Assembly (NCBI GenBank): GCA_965203905.1
Contig: CBDBDQ010000005.1
Span: forward strand, 3,136,001 to 3,200,000
Source of the DNA: Spirochaetia bacterium
GTDB taxonomy: Bacteria > Spirochaetota > Spirochaetia > SZUA-6 > Bin103
Length of the DNA: 64,000 bases
Direction: 5' to 3'
Below the pieces are notes generated by a model, which did not search any database, was not told the DNA's origin, and worked only from the letters and a program-made list of their open reading frames with translations. Both the position numbers and the translations under genes were made by a program. This document shows, one piece after another, positions 27,827 to 37,391 of the stretch; within the stretch, counting starts at the first letter, position 1, and every line of letters starts with the position of its first letter.

Positions 27827-28177
27827 TCACGACGGGCTGCCAGGCCCCCCGTTCGCCCCCTCCGCGCGGACGATGCGCAACAGGGCGTCGTACTCCTCGT
27901 AGCAGTCGCCGCAACGGCGCAGGTGGGCCATGACCAGGGGGCTGAGCGCATCGGGGTCGTGGCCCGCCGCGGCCAGTTCGACGAGCTGGTCCAACTCCTG
28001 CAGACACTCGTCGCACGACAGCTCCTGATCGTCGGTGCGCGCCACCATGACGGCCAACTGGGACAGAGCACGGCGCATGCCGGCCTGCGGCTGGCCCGGC
28101 GGTGGATGACCGAGCAGACCGCGAGCACCAAGCTGGAGCCGGGTGAACAGCGACAGCTTACCCAATTCCAATCTCAC
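27827..28177 (-). CDS. Zinc-binding (ZAS-type) anti-sigma factor
   Basis: CDEC and HLRRCGDC (HxxxCxxC); lies downstream of the ECF sigma gene. Confidence 0.75.
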   Translation of the reverse strand: MRLELGKLSLFTRLQLGARGLLGHPPPGQPQAGMRRALSQLAVMVARTDDQELSCDECLQELDQLVELAAAGHDPDALSPLVMAHLRRCGDCYEEYDALLRIVRAEGANGGPGSPS

Positions 28178-28268
28178 CCTCTCTCATTGTGACGCCGTTG
28201 CCGTGCCCTAGCTTACCAGCCAACACCGTCGCCCGCGCCAGCGGCGGCCAGACGACGAGTTGGGAGGT

Positions 28269-28913
28269 TCATCCGAAGACCTGGAGTAACTGCTCCGGGG
28301 TGAGTCCGTCCGCCGTCAGCTTGCGCTTCAGGCGCCGGCGCGCATCGTGCAGCAGCTTGTAGAGCGCGTTCCTGGTGCTCCCCATGCGCCGCGCCACCTC
28401 CTCCAGCGGCACGCCGTAGATTCCCACGGCCAGCAACGCCTGACGCTGCTTGGCGGTCAGCTCGCGGTCGATGTAGCGGTGCAGCAGTGCCAGCACGGCC
28501 TTCTTGCCGGCAATCTGGGCGGGACCGGGGGCGGAGTCGGGGAACTCCATTGCGGGCGTATCCGGCAGCGAGGTGATGAGGGAGTCGAGGGAGACGTCTC
28601 GCCAGCGCTTGCGGCGCAACTCGGTAAGTGCCACCCGTACGGCGATCTTGTGCGCCCAGGTGGTGAAGCGGCTCTCCCCGCGAAAGGAGGCAAGCTGCTC
28701 CAGGATCTTGAGCAGCGCCTCCTGTGCGAAATCCTCGGCCTGGGATTCGAATTCGGAGCCGGCGCCGCGCACCCGGCGCAGCAATCCGCGGTGCAGGCCG
28801 CTGACCAGGATACGCCGCAGATCGGCAATCGCGGCGTCGCGGGCTGGCCCCTCGGCCTGAAGGTCGGCCACCCACTGCTGGTTGGAGCGCCCCTCCACCG
28901 CCGGTACCGCCAT
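28269..28913 (-). CDS. ECF RNA polymerase sigma factor
   Basis: AEDFAQEALLKI, FRGESRFTTWA, region 4 EEVARRMG..RNALYKLLHDARRRL. Confidence 0.92.
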   Translation of the reverse strand: MAVPAVEGRSNQQWVADLQAEGPARDAAIADLRRILVSGLHRGLLRRVRGAGSEFESQAEDFAQEALLKILEQLASFRGESRFTTWAHKIAVRVALTELRRKRWRDVSLDSLITSLPDTPAMEFPDSAPGPAQIAGKKAVLALLHRYIDRELTAKQRQALLAVGIYGVPLEEVARRMGSTRNALYKLLHDARRRLKRKLTADGLTPEQLLQVFG

Positions 28914-29107
28914 CAGTCCATTGAAAGTGTAGCGGAGGTGTCCCCAGGAGCAAAGTGAGACGATGCGGTCGGTAGGGGGTACGGCTCACGCCGGCGCGCG
29001 CCGGGCTGGACAATGCCACCCGATAGATGCTCCACAATGGTGCCCGGTGACCGCGCCGAGCCGAAGCCGCGCGAGCGCGTGGGATACCGCACAAGGAGCA
29101 GAACCTG

Positions 29108-29899
29108 ATGGCAATTCGCGTAACGGTATGGAACGAATTCGTGCACGAGCAGACGAACGACTTCGTGCGCAGCATCTATCCCGATGGGATCCACGAGCAG
29201 ATCGCCGGCTACCTGCGGCGGCAGCCGGGCCTGGAGGTGGCGACCGCCACCCTGGAGCAACCGGAGCACGGCCTTACCGAGGAGGTGCTGGCACGCACCG
29301 ACGTGCTGATGTGGTGGGGGCACGCCGCCCACCGCAAGGTGCGCGACGACATCGTCGACCGCGTGCAGGAACGGGTACTCAATGGCATGGGCCTGGTGGT
29401 GCTGCATTCCGGGCACTTTTCGAAGATCTTCAAGCGCCTGATGGGGACCAGTTGCGGGCTGAGCTGGCGCGAGGCGGCGGAGCGGGAGCGGTTGTGGGTG
29501 GTGAACCCCAATCATCCCATCACCAAGGGCTGCGGCCGCTATATCGAGATCCCCAACGCCGAGATGTACGGCGAGTTCTTCGATATCCCGGAGCCCGACG
29601 AGTTGCTGTTCGTGAGCTGGTTCGAGGGTGGCGAGGTGTTTCGCAGCGGCGCGGTGTGGCATCGCGGCCGCGGCAAGGTGTTCTACTTCCGTCCCGGGCA
29701 CGAGACCTATCCCGTTTTCCACCACGAGGGGGTGCTCCACGTGCTGGCCAACGGGGTGCGCTGGTGCGCCTTCGCCGGCAACACCGAGACTACCGGCATT
29801 CTCTCGGGGACCAACGTGCCGGAGCCGCTGGAGCAGTTGAGCGAGAAGGACTACGAGCAGGGCGAGATCGAGCACCCGCAGGAGTCGCTGGCGCGCTGA
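29108..29899 (+). CDS. thuA: ThuA domain (trehalose utilisation) protein
   Basis: [40 protein letters not shown]. Confidence 0.9.
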   Translation: MAIRVTVWNEFVHEQTNDFVRSIYPDGIHEQIAGYLRRQPGLEVATATLEQPEHGLTEEVLARTDVLMWWGHAAHRKVRDDIVDRVQERVLNGMGLVVLHSGHFSKIFKRLMGTSCGLSWREAAERERLWVVNPNHPITKGCGRYIEIPNAEMYGEFFDIPEPDELLFVSWFEGGEVFRSGAVWHRGRGKVFYFRPGHETYPVFHHEGVLHVLANGVRWCAFAGNTETTGILSGTNVPEPLEQLSEKDYEQGEIEHPQESLAR

Positions 29900-30039
29900 G
29901 CGGCACCTTGACGCGTGACCGCGGGTACGCGCCCGGTTGTTGGACATCGAGACCCACACCGCAGGCATGCAGGGCACATGCGCCCGCGCGGACCCGTGCG
30001 AAGTATGATCGACCCTTCCGGGGTCGTCCGTATGGTGTA

Positions 30040-30654
30040 ATGGCTACCGAACGTGGGGCTTCGCGGCGGCTGTCGGGACGGCTTGGCGGCAAGGTGCTGG
30101 CGGTGCTGCTGCTGGGCCTGCTGCTGCCGGCCGCCTGCAACCGTGGCGAGGCGGACGCCGCCGGCGAGTCCGGGAGCACGGCGGCAAGCGCCGACCTGCC
30201 GCAGGTGGCGGACTTCGAGATCGTCGCCTACCAGAGCACAGCGGAGCTGGGCGGCGAACGAGTGCAGTTCAGCGACGTGCTGGCCCGCGGCAAACCGGTG
30301 GTGCTGAACTTCTGGGCCGGGCTGTGCCCGCCCTGTCGCGCCGAGATGCCGGAGTTCCAGGAGGTGTACGACCAGTTCAGCGACCGTATCCTGCTGCTGG
30401 GGATCGACCTGGGGCCGTTCACCGGCCTCGGTACCAGCGACCAGGGGCGCGCCTTGCTGGAGGAACTTGGAGTCACCTACCCGGCGGGCACCACCGAGGA
30501 CGCCTCGGTGGTCAGCCGCTTTCAGGTGCTGGGCATGCCCACCACGATGTTCGTCACCCCCGACGGCGGCATTACCCACAAGTGGACCGGCATCCTGACC
30601 CGCGAGAAGCTGACCGAGCTCACCGAAGAGCTGCTCGCGGTCGCGGAGGGCTGA
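30040..30654 (+). CDS. TlpA-like thiol-disulfide oxidoreductase, lipoprotein
   Basis: Lipobox LPAAC, VLNFWAGLCPPCRAEMP, GMPTT. Confidence 0.88.
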   Translation: MATERGASRRLSGRLGGKVLAVLLLGLLLPAACNRGEADAAGESGSTAASADLPQVADFEIVAYQSTAELGGERVQFSDVLARGKPVVLNFWAGLCPPCRAEMPEFQEVYDQFSDRILLLGIDLGPFTGLGTSDQGRALLEELGVTYPAGTTEDASVVSRFQVLGMPTTMFVTPDGGITHKWTGILTREKLTELTEELLAVAEG

Positions 30655-30656
30655 CC

Positions 30657-31520
30657 GTGAGTTCGTCGGGTAGCACCAGCGCCGGCGCTTCCACCGCGCG
30701 CCGCAACGAGATCATCTCCTTCGTGGTGCCGGCCCTGGTGGTGGCCGCGCTGCTGGGCGCGGTGATCCGGGTGCAGGCCAACGTGGAATCGGCCGCGGCC
30801 AACGTCAGCGTCACCCTGCCGTTCCTGTTCGCGTTCCTGGCCGGCATGGTGGCCAGCGTCAATCCCTGCGGCTTCGTGATGCTGCCTACCTACATCTCCT
30901 ACCACCTCGGCAACGAGGAGGAGGGGTTCTACCGGCGCTCGCTGCTGGAGCGCACCGGCCGCGGCCTGCTGCTCGGAGCGGCGGCCACCGGCGGCTTCAT
31001 CGCGGTGGCGGCGGCGGTGGGGCTGGTGGTTGCCGCGGGTGGCCAGTGGCTGATCGCCACCTTCCGCTTCTTCGGGGCGCTGCTGGGCGTGGTGCTGCTG
31101 GGGCTCGGCCTGTGGCTGCTGCTCGGCCGCGGCAAGCTGGCGCTCATGGCCGCCAGCCGGGTCCACGTCAACCCGCGGCGCAACCTCGGCAACGTGGTCG
31201 CCTTTGGCGCCGCCTACTCGATCAGCTCGCTGAGCTGCACCCTGCCGATCTTCCTGGCGGTGGTCGGCATCGGGCTCGGCACCCAGGGGCTGGGAGCCGC
31301 GTTCGGCCAGTTCATGGGCTACGCGCTGGGGATGGGTTCGGTGCTGGTCGCGGTGACCGTGGGCGCGGCCCTGTTTCGCGGCGCGGTGGCGCGCTGGCTG
31401 CGCGGATCGATGCTCGCCATCAGCCGCGCCAGCGCCATGTTCCTGGTCGGCGCCGGCGGCTACCTCATCTACTACTGGGTGGTATTCGCCGACGCCTTCG
31501 GCTGGTTCGCCGCCCGCTGA
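30657..31520 (+). CDS. ccdA: Cytochrome c biogenesis CcdA-family membrane protein
   Basis: AGMVASVNPCGFVMLP and SLSCTLPIF paired cysteines. Confidence 0.85.
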   Translation: MSSSGSTSAGASTARRNEIISFVVPALVVAALLGAVIRVQANVESAAANVSVTLPFLFAFLAGMVASVNPCGFVMLPTYISYHLGNEEEGFYRRSLLERTGRGLLLGAAATGGFIAVAAAVGLVVAAGGQWLIATFRFFGALLGVVLLGLGLWLLLGRGKLALMAASRVHVNPRRNLGNVVAFGAAYSISSLSCTLPIFLAVVGIGLGTQGLGAAFGQFMGYALGMGSVLVAVTVGAALFRGAVARWLRGSMLAISRASAMFLVGAGGYLIYYWVVFADAFGWFAAR

Positions 31521-31545
31521 ATTCCTTCCAGCCACGGCCGCCAAG

Positions 31546-32730
31546 TCATGTTTGGCGTCTTGGTTGCGATTGCATCGAGTAGTAGAGGGCGTGCAACCGG
31601 TTGGGGAACCGGTATCCGCCGCGCACGTCCGGATCGGACAGCAGCGCACCCAGGTTTCTCATCCGTCGCAGGAAGTTGTCCAATACCCGCCGCTCTTCCT
31701 GCGTGAGACGCGCCGCGAGCTCCCCTCGATGAAACGTCATTCGTGACGGCTCGCCCGCCATCTTGCGCAGGATCGCGCGGTAGCGATCGCTCTGAATTGC
31801 TCGAAAAACCTGTGGTTCCAGCAGTTTCCTTCCGATTATCTCGGCTGCTCTGGCGACACCGGTAACAATCTCGTCCTGAGTGATAGTCTGAGATCGAGCC
31901 GTGTGCCAGACGGCGTCGCCGATCTCATGGGCGAGGACCGGAAGGCCGCCCGTGTATCGCTCCAGGAATCGCAGACTGGCCGCCGACAACACTGCATTTC
32001 CCGAAGCGAACGAGTCTCGGTAGAACTGCTCCACCTCGCCGCCCGTCCACGGTGTGATGTCAACCAGATCGAACACGCGGGCCAGGGATGGCTGGTTGCG
32101 AATCAGCTCCTGCCGTCTTTCTTCCAGTCCCACGAGCAGGATGCACAGCCGTGTCTCCTGTTGCGAAGTCGCGACCTCGTCGACGACGCTCTTGAGCCAG
32201 TGGGCGAAGTCCACGGACCCGGCCAGGCCGTTGATGTCATCCAGAATGAGCAGCAATGAGGTCCGCTGTTCCAGGTTCCGCATGAGTTGGCGTACCGAGC
32301 GCGTGAAACTGTCTACGATCGTGCGCAGATCCTGAGTGCTCAGCGCCAGCTCTACCGAGACTCCGAACAAGCCTACCTTGCGGACTCGATCTCCGAAGAA
32401 CTCCACGACCTGCTGGTGCCATGGCCGATCGATGCTGTCCTTGAGCAGCCGGTCGAAGGTACGGTGCGCCATATCGTGCAGGTCGTGGACGCCGCCGAGG
32501 TAGACGTGGCAGCCCGTGGCACGGCTCTCACGTTCACACAGGTGACGCACGAACGAAGCCAGCGAGCTCTTGCCGATGCCTCGTTCGCCGGTGATGAAGC
32601 CGGTCTTGAACACGCCGCGGTTCGCAGCCCGCACCAGGCCGCTCAGGCGCTCGATTGCATCGCGCCGCCCCACGAAGAACTCGGCCGGGATCGGCTGCCC
32701 CGGTCGGAATGGGCTGGATTCCGGCGTCAC
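31546..32730 (-). CDS. Orphan P-loop NTPase (STAND/archaeal ATPase-like) with C-terminal winged-helix-like region
   Basis: SPFRPG..FVGR, GERGIGKSS, LILDD, TGGLP (GxP). Confidence 0.8.
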   Translation of the reverse strand: MTPESSPFRPGQPIPAEFFVGRRDAIERLSGLVRAANRGVFKTGFITGERGIGKSSLASFVRHLCERESRATGCHVYLGGVHDLHDMAHRTFDRLLKDSIDRPWHQQVVEFFGDRVRKVGLFGVSVELALSTQDLRTIVDSFTRSVRQLMRNLEQRTSLLLILDDINGLAGSVDFAHWLKSVVDEVATSQQETRLCILLVGLEERRQELIRNQPSLARVFDLVDITPWTGGEVEQFYRDSFASGNAVLSAASLRFLERYTGGLPVLAHEIGDAVWHTARSQTITQDEIVTGVARAAEIIGRKLLEPQVFRAIQSDRYRAILRKMAGEPSRMTFHRGELAARLTQEERRVLDNFLRRMRNLGALLSDPDVRGGYRFPNRLHALYYSMQSQPRRQT

Positions 32731-32805
32731 TCGTCCACCTTATTCGACCACGCAGGAGGTGTCGATGGTGTCGGTCGCGGCGAATCGCGTGCGATATGAT
32801 GCGGT

Positions 32806-33831
32806 ATGGCGGATCACGACGTGAGTGATGGGCGCGGACAGCGGGTGCTCGTGGTGGGGTGTGGGGGCATGTCGCGGACCTGGTTGCGCTACCTGGCAAG
32901 CCGTGAGGAGCTGGAGGTCGTGGGGCTGGTGGATATCGCGCCGGAGGCGGCGGCGGCACGCGCCGCGGAGGCGAGGCTGGAGGTGCCGCACTTCACCGAG
33001 CTGGCGACGGCCCTTGAGCGGACGGAGCCCACGGTGGTGTGCGACGTGACCATACCGGAGGCGCACGCGGGAGTCGCCACCGCCGCGCTGCGGGCGGGCT
33101 GCCACGTGGCGTGCGAGAAGCCGATGGCGCACTCGATGGAGGCGGCGCGCGCCACCAGTGCCCTGGCCGCGGAGAGCGGGCTGAACTACGGTGTCATGCA
33201 GAACCGGCGGTACCGGCCCGCCATCCGTGCGGTGCGTGACATCGTTGCGGCGGGCGCTCTGGGTGGGCTGGGCATCGTCAACGCCGACTTCTACCTGGGG
33301 CCGCACTTCGGCGGCTTTCGCGACGCCATGCGGAGTCCGCTGCTGCTGGACATGGCGATTCACACCTTCGACCAGGCGCGTTTCATCACCGGCTGCGATC
33401 CGCTGGCGGTCTACTGCCACGAGTTCAATCCCGGGTGGTCCTGGTATGCCCACGGGGCGGCCGCCACCGCAGTCTTCGAGATGACTGGCGGGCTCGTGTT
33501 CACTTACCGGGGGAGCTGGTGCAGCGAGGCGCTCAGCACCTCCTGGGAGTCAGCATGGCGGCTGGTCGGTGGCCGCGGGACGCTGTGCTGGGACGGCGAC
33601 GGGCAACCGCGCACGGAGCTGATCGGCGGCGGGGAGGCGGCCGCGCCCACCCCCTACACCGGACCCGAAGGCCACGCGGGCTGTCTGCAGGAGATGTTCG
33701 CCGCCATCGCGGCCGGGCGCCCGGCGGAGACCAGCCACGGCGACAACATCAAGAGCCTGGCGATGGTGTTCGGCGCCATCGAGAGTGCCCGCCGCGGCGC
33801 CCGGGTGGAGATCGCGGAACTGCTGCCGTAA
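32806..33831 (+). CDS. Gfo/Idh/MocA family oxidoreductase
   Basis: VVGCGGM, CEKPMA, QNRRY, LDMAIHTFD. Confidence 0.9.
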   Translation: MADHDVSDGRGQRVLVVGCGGMSRTWLRYLASREELEVVGLVDIAPEAAAARAAEARLEVPHFTELATALERTEPTVVCDVTIPEAHAGVATAALRAGCHVACEKPMAHSMEAARATSALAAESGLNYGVMQNRRYRPAIRAVRDIVAAGALGGLGIVNADFYLGPHFGGFRDAMRSPLLLDMAIHTFDQARFITGCDPLAVYCHEFNPGWSWYAHGAAATAVFEMTGGLVFTYRGSWCSEALSTSWESAWRLVGGRGTLCWDGDGQPRTELIGGGEAAAPTPYTGPEGHAGCLQEMFAAIAAGRPAETSHGDNIKSLAMVFGAIESARRGARVEIAELLP

Positions 33832-33859
33832 GCCGAAGCGGGAACCGCCGGTACGGGCG

Positions 33860-34879
33860 CTACTCCTCCCAGGGGTGGAGGATCACCTTCCCGGTCTCGC
33901 CCGTGATCTGCAGATCGAACGCCTCCTGCGCCGCACTCATCGGCAGGCGGTGGGTGATCTGCCGGTCGAGCAGCTCCGCGGAGTCGGCTATCACCCCGAG
34001 CAGGCGCGAGGCGTCGGCCCGGTTGTAGTGCCAAGCGCCATACAAGGACAGGCCCTTGCTGATCATGTCGCGGCTGGTATAGAGGGGCACCTCTCCGCCC
34101 TGGCCGACGAAGGCCAGCCGCCCGCGGCGCCGCAGGCAGTCGAGGGCGAAGCGCTGCGCCGCCCCCACGCCGCTGCAGTCCACCGCGGCGTCCACGCCAC
34201 GTCCCCCGGTGAGTTCCATCACCTGTTCCTGGGCGCTGTCGGCAGTGGGGTCGACGGCCGCAATCGCCCCGAGGCGAACGGCCAGCTCGCGGCGGTAGGG
34301 AATGGTCTCCACGGCGATGGCGCGGGCGCGCCGGTGCATGGCGTTCACGATGCCACCGAGGCCTACGGGACCCATTCCCGTGACCATCACCGTTTCGCCG
34401 CTGCCCACCTCCATGCGCTGCATGGCGCCGAAGGTTGGCCCCAGGCCACAGCACGCCATGCTTCCGTGGTCGAAGGAGACATCTTCGGGCAGGGGTACCA
34501 GGAACCGGTCCTGCTTGATCACGTACTGGGCGTAGGTGCCGGTGCCGTGCTCGTAGATGCCGAGCTGGTCCGGCTTGGGCTGGTCCTGGCAGTGGATGTA
34601 CTCGCCGGCCAGGCACAGGTCGCAGACACCGCAGCTCGTCTGCGGCATCACCGCCACCCGGTCGCCCACCCGCACCAGGCTGGACTGGTCCACCGCCACC
34701 ACCTCGCCGGCTGCCTCGTGCCCCATGGAGCTCATCCCGCGGCCGGCCTTGTAGGCCTTGTACTCGGTGCACATCGGGGCGCTCAGAATCTTCACCACGA
34801 CCCACTCGCCCTGTGGCTCCGGGTCGGGAACATCTACCAATCGAACCTGCTGGTCATCGGTGGTCTGGACTACTCTCAA
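33860..34879 (-). CDS. Zinc-binding alcohol dehydrogenase (MDR family)
   Basis: MGHEAAGEV, CGVCDLC...C, GMGPVG; TTG start after GGAG. Confidence 0.9.
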   Translation of the reverse strand: MRVVQTTDDQQVRLVDVPDPEPQGEWVVVKILSAPMCTEYKAYKAGRGMSSMGHEAAGEVVAVDQSSLVRVGDRVAVMPQTSCGVCDLCLAGEYIHCQDQPKPDQLGIYEHGTGTYAQYVIKQDRFLVPLPEDVSFDHGSMACCGLGPTFGAMQRMEVGSGETVMVTGMGPVGLGGIVNAMHRRARAIAVETIPYRRELAVRLGAIAAVDPTADSAQEQVMELTGGRGVDAAVDCSGVGAAQRFALDCLRRRGRLAFVGQGGEVPLYTSRDMISKGLSLYGAWHYNRADASRLLGVIADSAELLDRQITHRLPMSAAQEAFDLQITGETGKVILHPWEE

Positions 34880-35189
34880 GGCAATCTCCGCACGCATGAT
34901 AGAGGCGCGGGCCGGGACCGGCAAGGCCGCCCGAGTTTGGTTTCCGGTGGTAGTGAGATGGCGCGCTACTCCGGTTCGGCGGCTCGTGCGGCTGCAACCG
35001 GCGCTCCAGGGCGCGCACCAGGATGCGACAGGGATGGTGCTCGCGGCCGACGTGCATCAGTCCGAGCAGCGCACCAACGGGAGTAGCCGGGGCGAATGCG
35101 CCTATGCTGCGTCGGCGAATCTGCAAAGCCCAACTCAACCATGGATGCAAAGGCAAGAGGCTCAGATGCTGGCGCTTGTGGGGGTCTTG

Positions 35190-35867
35190 TCATTTGACCG
35201 GCCGCTTCGCGAGTCGGTTCGCTTGGCGGATCTGGTGTGTCAGGCGGCCAACGGTTGTAGACGGATTCCCGAAAGGGTCCCCGGAGTCTTCGCGTCGCGT
35301 GAGCTGTGCTTCTGCACGTTGTTCGGCCTGTTCGACTCGGGTCACCAGATCATCGCAATCAGGAGTTTTTCCGCCATCCCTCACGTAGTCGGGACGTATT
35401 CGCTCGAGGAGCCTTTGTATCTTGTCTCGCTCCTCACTCCGATCATGGTCTTGCTCGTGCAGAATCAACCAGAGTTCAAAGCATGGATTAGAGCGGGCGA
35501 CATGAACGCCGCCGTGTGTGCATAACGCAACAGCCTCTTGGAAGCGAGGATGCTCGTCGCGGTCGAAGACCGCCCACACCTGGTCGCTCTCTTCGAACGA
35601 ATTCACTCGGCGGCTGCGGGGCGCGAGTCCAGCCGACTTGGCCCGTGCGACGGCTTTCTCGGCGATGGTATAGGGCACTCCCACCGCGGGCTCGACGAGC
35701 ACCTCGATCTGTGCGCTGTTGCAGACGCGCTTGATCGCGCGGAAGTAGGTGGGCTCGGTATTCTTGCCCTCGCAGAACAGGATGAAGCGTCTCGTGGGCT
35801 CGCGTTGGTACTTGCCTCGCCTCAGGTCAGGCGTCCGGCGTTCCCGACGGCTAGTGCGACGTGCCAA
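35190..35867 (-). CDS. rloB: RloB family protein (TOPRIM-like)
   Basis: FILFCEGKNTEPTYF, VWAVFDRDEH, SNPCFELWLILH, NPSTTV. Confidence 0.9.
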   Translation of the reverse strand: MARRTSRRERRTPDLRRGKYQREPTRRFILFCEGKNTEPTYFRAIKRVCNSAQIEVLVEPAVGVPYTIAEKAVARAKSAGLAPRSRRVNSFEESDQVWAVFDRDEHPRFQEAVALCTHGGVHVARSNPCFELWLILHEQDHDRSEERDKIQRLLERIRPDYVRDGGKTPDCDDLVTRVEQAEQRAEAQLTRREDSGDPFGNPSTTVGRLTHQIRQANRLAKRPVK

Positions 35868-37122
35868 GAGTGGAGATCGGGTCCGCGAGCGGAATCGCAC
35901 CGTAACGGCCTTGCAGATACCCTTTCTCGAAATTGTCGCCGCTACGAGTTCGAATCTCCGTCAGCGGAAACAGAACCGTGGCTCCATACGGGTCCTTTTC
36001 CGTGAACCAGACTTGGTCACGTCGCAACAACTGCGAAGCCAGCAGATTGGTGTCGTGGGTCGTGGCGACGAGCTGCGCCCCCTTCGGATTTGTCTGTTGC
36101 GAGCAGAACAACTGCACAACGGCCTCACTGGCAAGAGTGTGCAGGCTGGCGTCCAGTTCGTCGATCACCACCGGCGCGCCGTCGTCAAGTGCACGGTACA
36201 CAAGACTCAGCACCAGCAGAAGCCGTAGCGTACCTGCGCTCTCCATTCCTAGTTCTAGATATGCTGGCCTTCCGCGTCGGGTTCTGTGCGCAAGTTCGAC
36301 AGTGTATTGCTTGTTGTTCGTGTCGAATTCGATCGGTATGGTCGTCCTCCGGTTGATCAAGTCGAATAGTTCCTGCCGAAGGGTCAGCATTTCTTCGGTA
36401 AGCGCGGTCTCCTTGCGCCGAAAGTCACATACCCCAGTATTGATCCGTCCGAGAAACTCGATCACTCGATGATCTATCCCATCCTGAGTGAGTGCCGTAG
36501 CCACCTCCTCGCTCGGAACAGAGATACTCATGAAACTAACAAGCGACAGAAAGTAGCTAAATACTTCAGAAAGTTGTTTGTGCCGATTCTGGGCCGCTGC
36601 CGACAAGAACAGGGTGTTTGGCTTGGTTAACTCCGCGATGACATTGTTCCGCCCACGTAACTCCCGGCCGAAACGATAGGTGTCACCGTGTCGTTCGAAC
36701 AGCGTGCGGCGGTGCGATTTGGGAAACGCGTACAGCCACTCGGACTCGAATTTGGTATTGGTCGCTTCGAAGCCGTAGTGGTAGCGGATGCCGTGCAGGA
36801 TAAAGTCGATATCGTATTGCGACGGCTTCCCCGATGACACGGCATCGAGCTTGAAGGCGAAATGCGGCATGCCACCGCCGGGAAACCCCTGCGTCTGAGA
36901 GCGCAGCACGAAGCGCCGCATGGTCCCTATGGCGTGGATGAGGTTGCTCTTGCCCGACGCGTTGGCGCCGTAGATCACCACGGCGGGCACGATCGACCCT
37001 CTCGGAGCAGCAGCGCAGTCGATCAGTCCTTCCTGCCGGTCTCGCAGAGAGGACGCTGTGAACAGCAGTTCTTGCTCATCGCGGATGGAAAGGTGGTTGG
37101 AGACGCCAAAGCGTAATAACAT
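35851..37122 (-). CDS. RloA/AbiL-like AAA_21 ABC ATPase
   Basis: MLLRFGVSNHLSI, YGANASGKSN, ESAGT, IDELDASLH, TTHD, YLQGRYGAIP. Confidence 0.9.
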   Translation of the reverse strand: MLLRFGVSNHLSIRDEQELLFTASSLRDRQEGLIDCAAAPRGSIVPAVVIYGANASGKSNLIHAIGTMRRFVLRSQTQGFPGGGMPHFAFKLDAVSSGKPSQYDIDFILHGIRYHYGFEATNTKFESEWLYAFPKSHRRTLFERHGDTYRFGRELRGRNNVIAELTKPNTLFLSAAAQNRHKQLSEVFSYFLSLVSFMSISVPSEEVATALTQDGIDHRVIEFLGRINTGVCDFRRKETALTEEMLTLRQELFDLINRRTTIPIEFDTNNKQYTVELAHRTRRGRPAYLELGMESAGTLRLLLVLSLVYRALDDGAPVVIDELDASLHTLASEAVVQLFCSQQTNPKGAQLVATTHDTNLLASQLLRRDQVWFTEKDPYGATVLFPLTEIRTRSGDNFEKGYLQGRYGAIPLADPISTLGTSH

Positions 37123-37309
37123 GTGGCAGATCCCTGTTTTCCGATGGAGAGTGTGCAGAGAAACGCTATAGTATGCAAGAATACTGCGAATATTTCCGAA
37201 ATTCGTCAAGCGGCCTGCGTAATATCTTGCAGCGCCCAGTCGCCTGTCCGCTAAGGACCGCGATGGGCATCGCGCCGCTGGCAAGCGCAGCCTGCTAGCG
37301 CAGGTGAGT

Positions 37310-37387
37310 GCTCCTGGCCGCTTGCCGGCGCCGGAGCGGCACCAGTAACTTGCCGCTCCGTGGCCAACTACGCACGGCACCAGGAGC
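37310..37387 (+). promoter_or_regulatory. Nested stem-loop in the leader of the MFS gene
   Basis: CGGAGCGGCA/TGCCGCTCCG 10-bp stem inside GCTCCTGG/CCAGGAGC, which covers the AGGAG RBS. Confidence 0.45.
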
Positions 37388-37391
37388 CCTC

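Noticed and set aside
34966-35190. Possible permease C-terminal scrap (LVRALERRL) downstream of rloB
   Set aside because: Too short and frameshifted to assign
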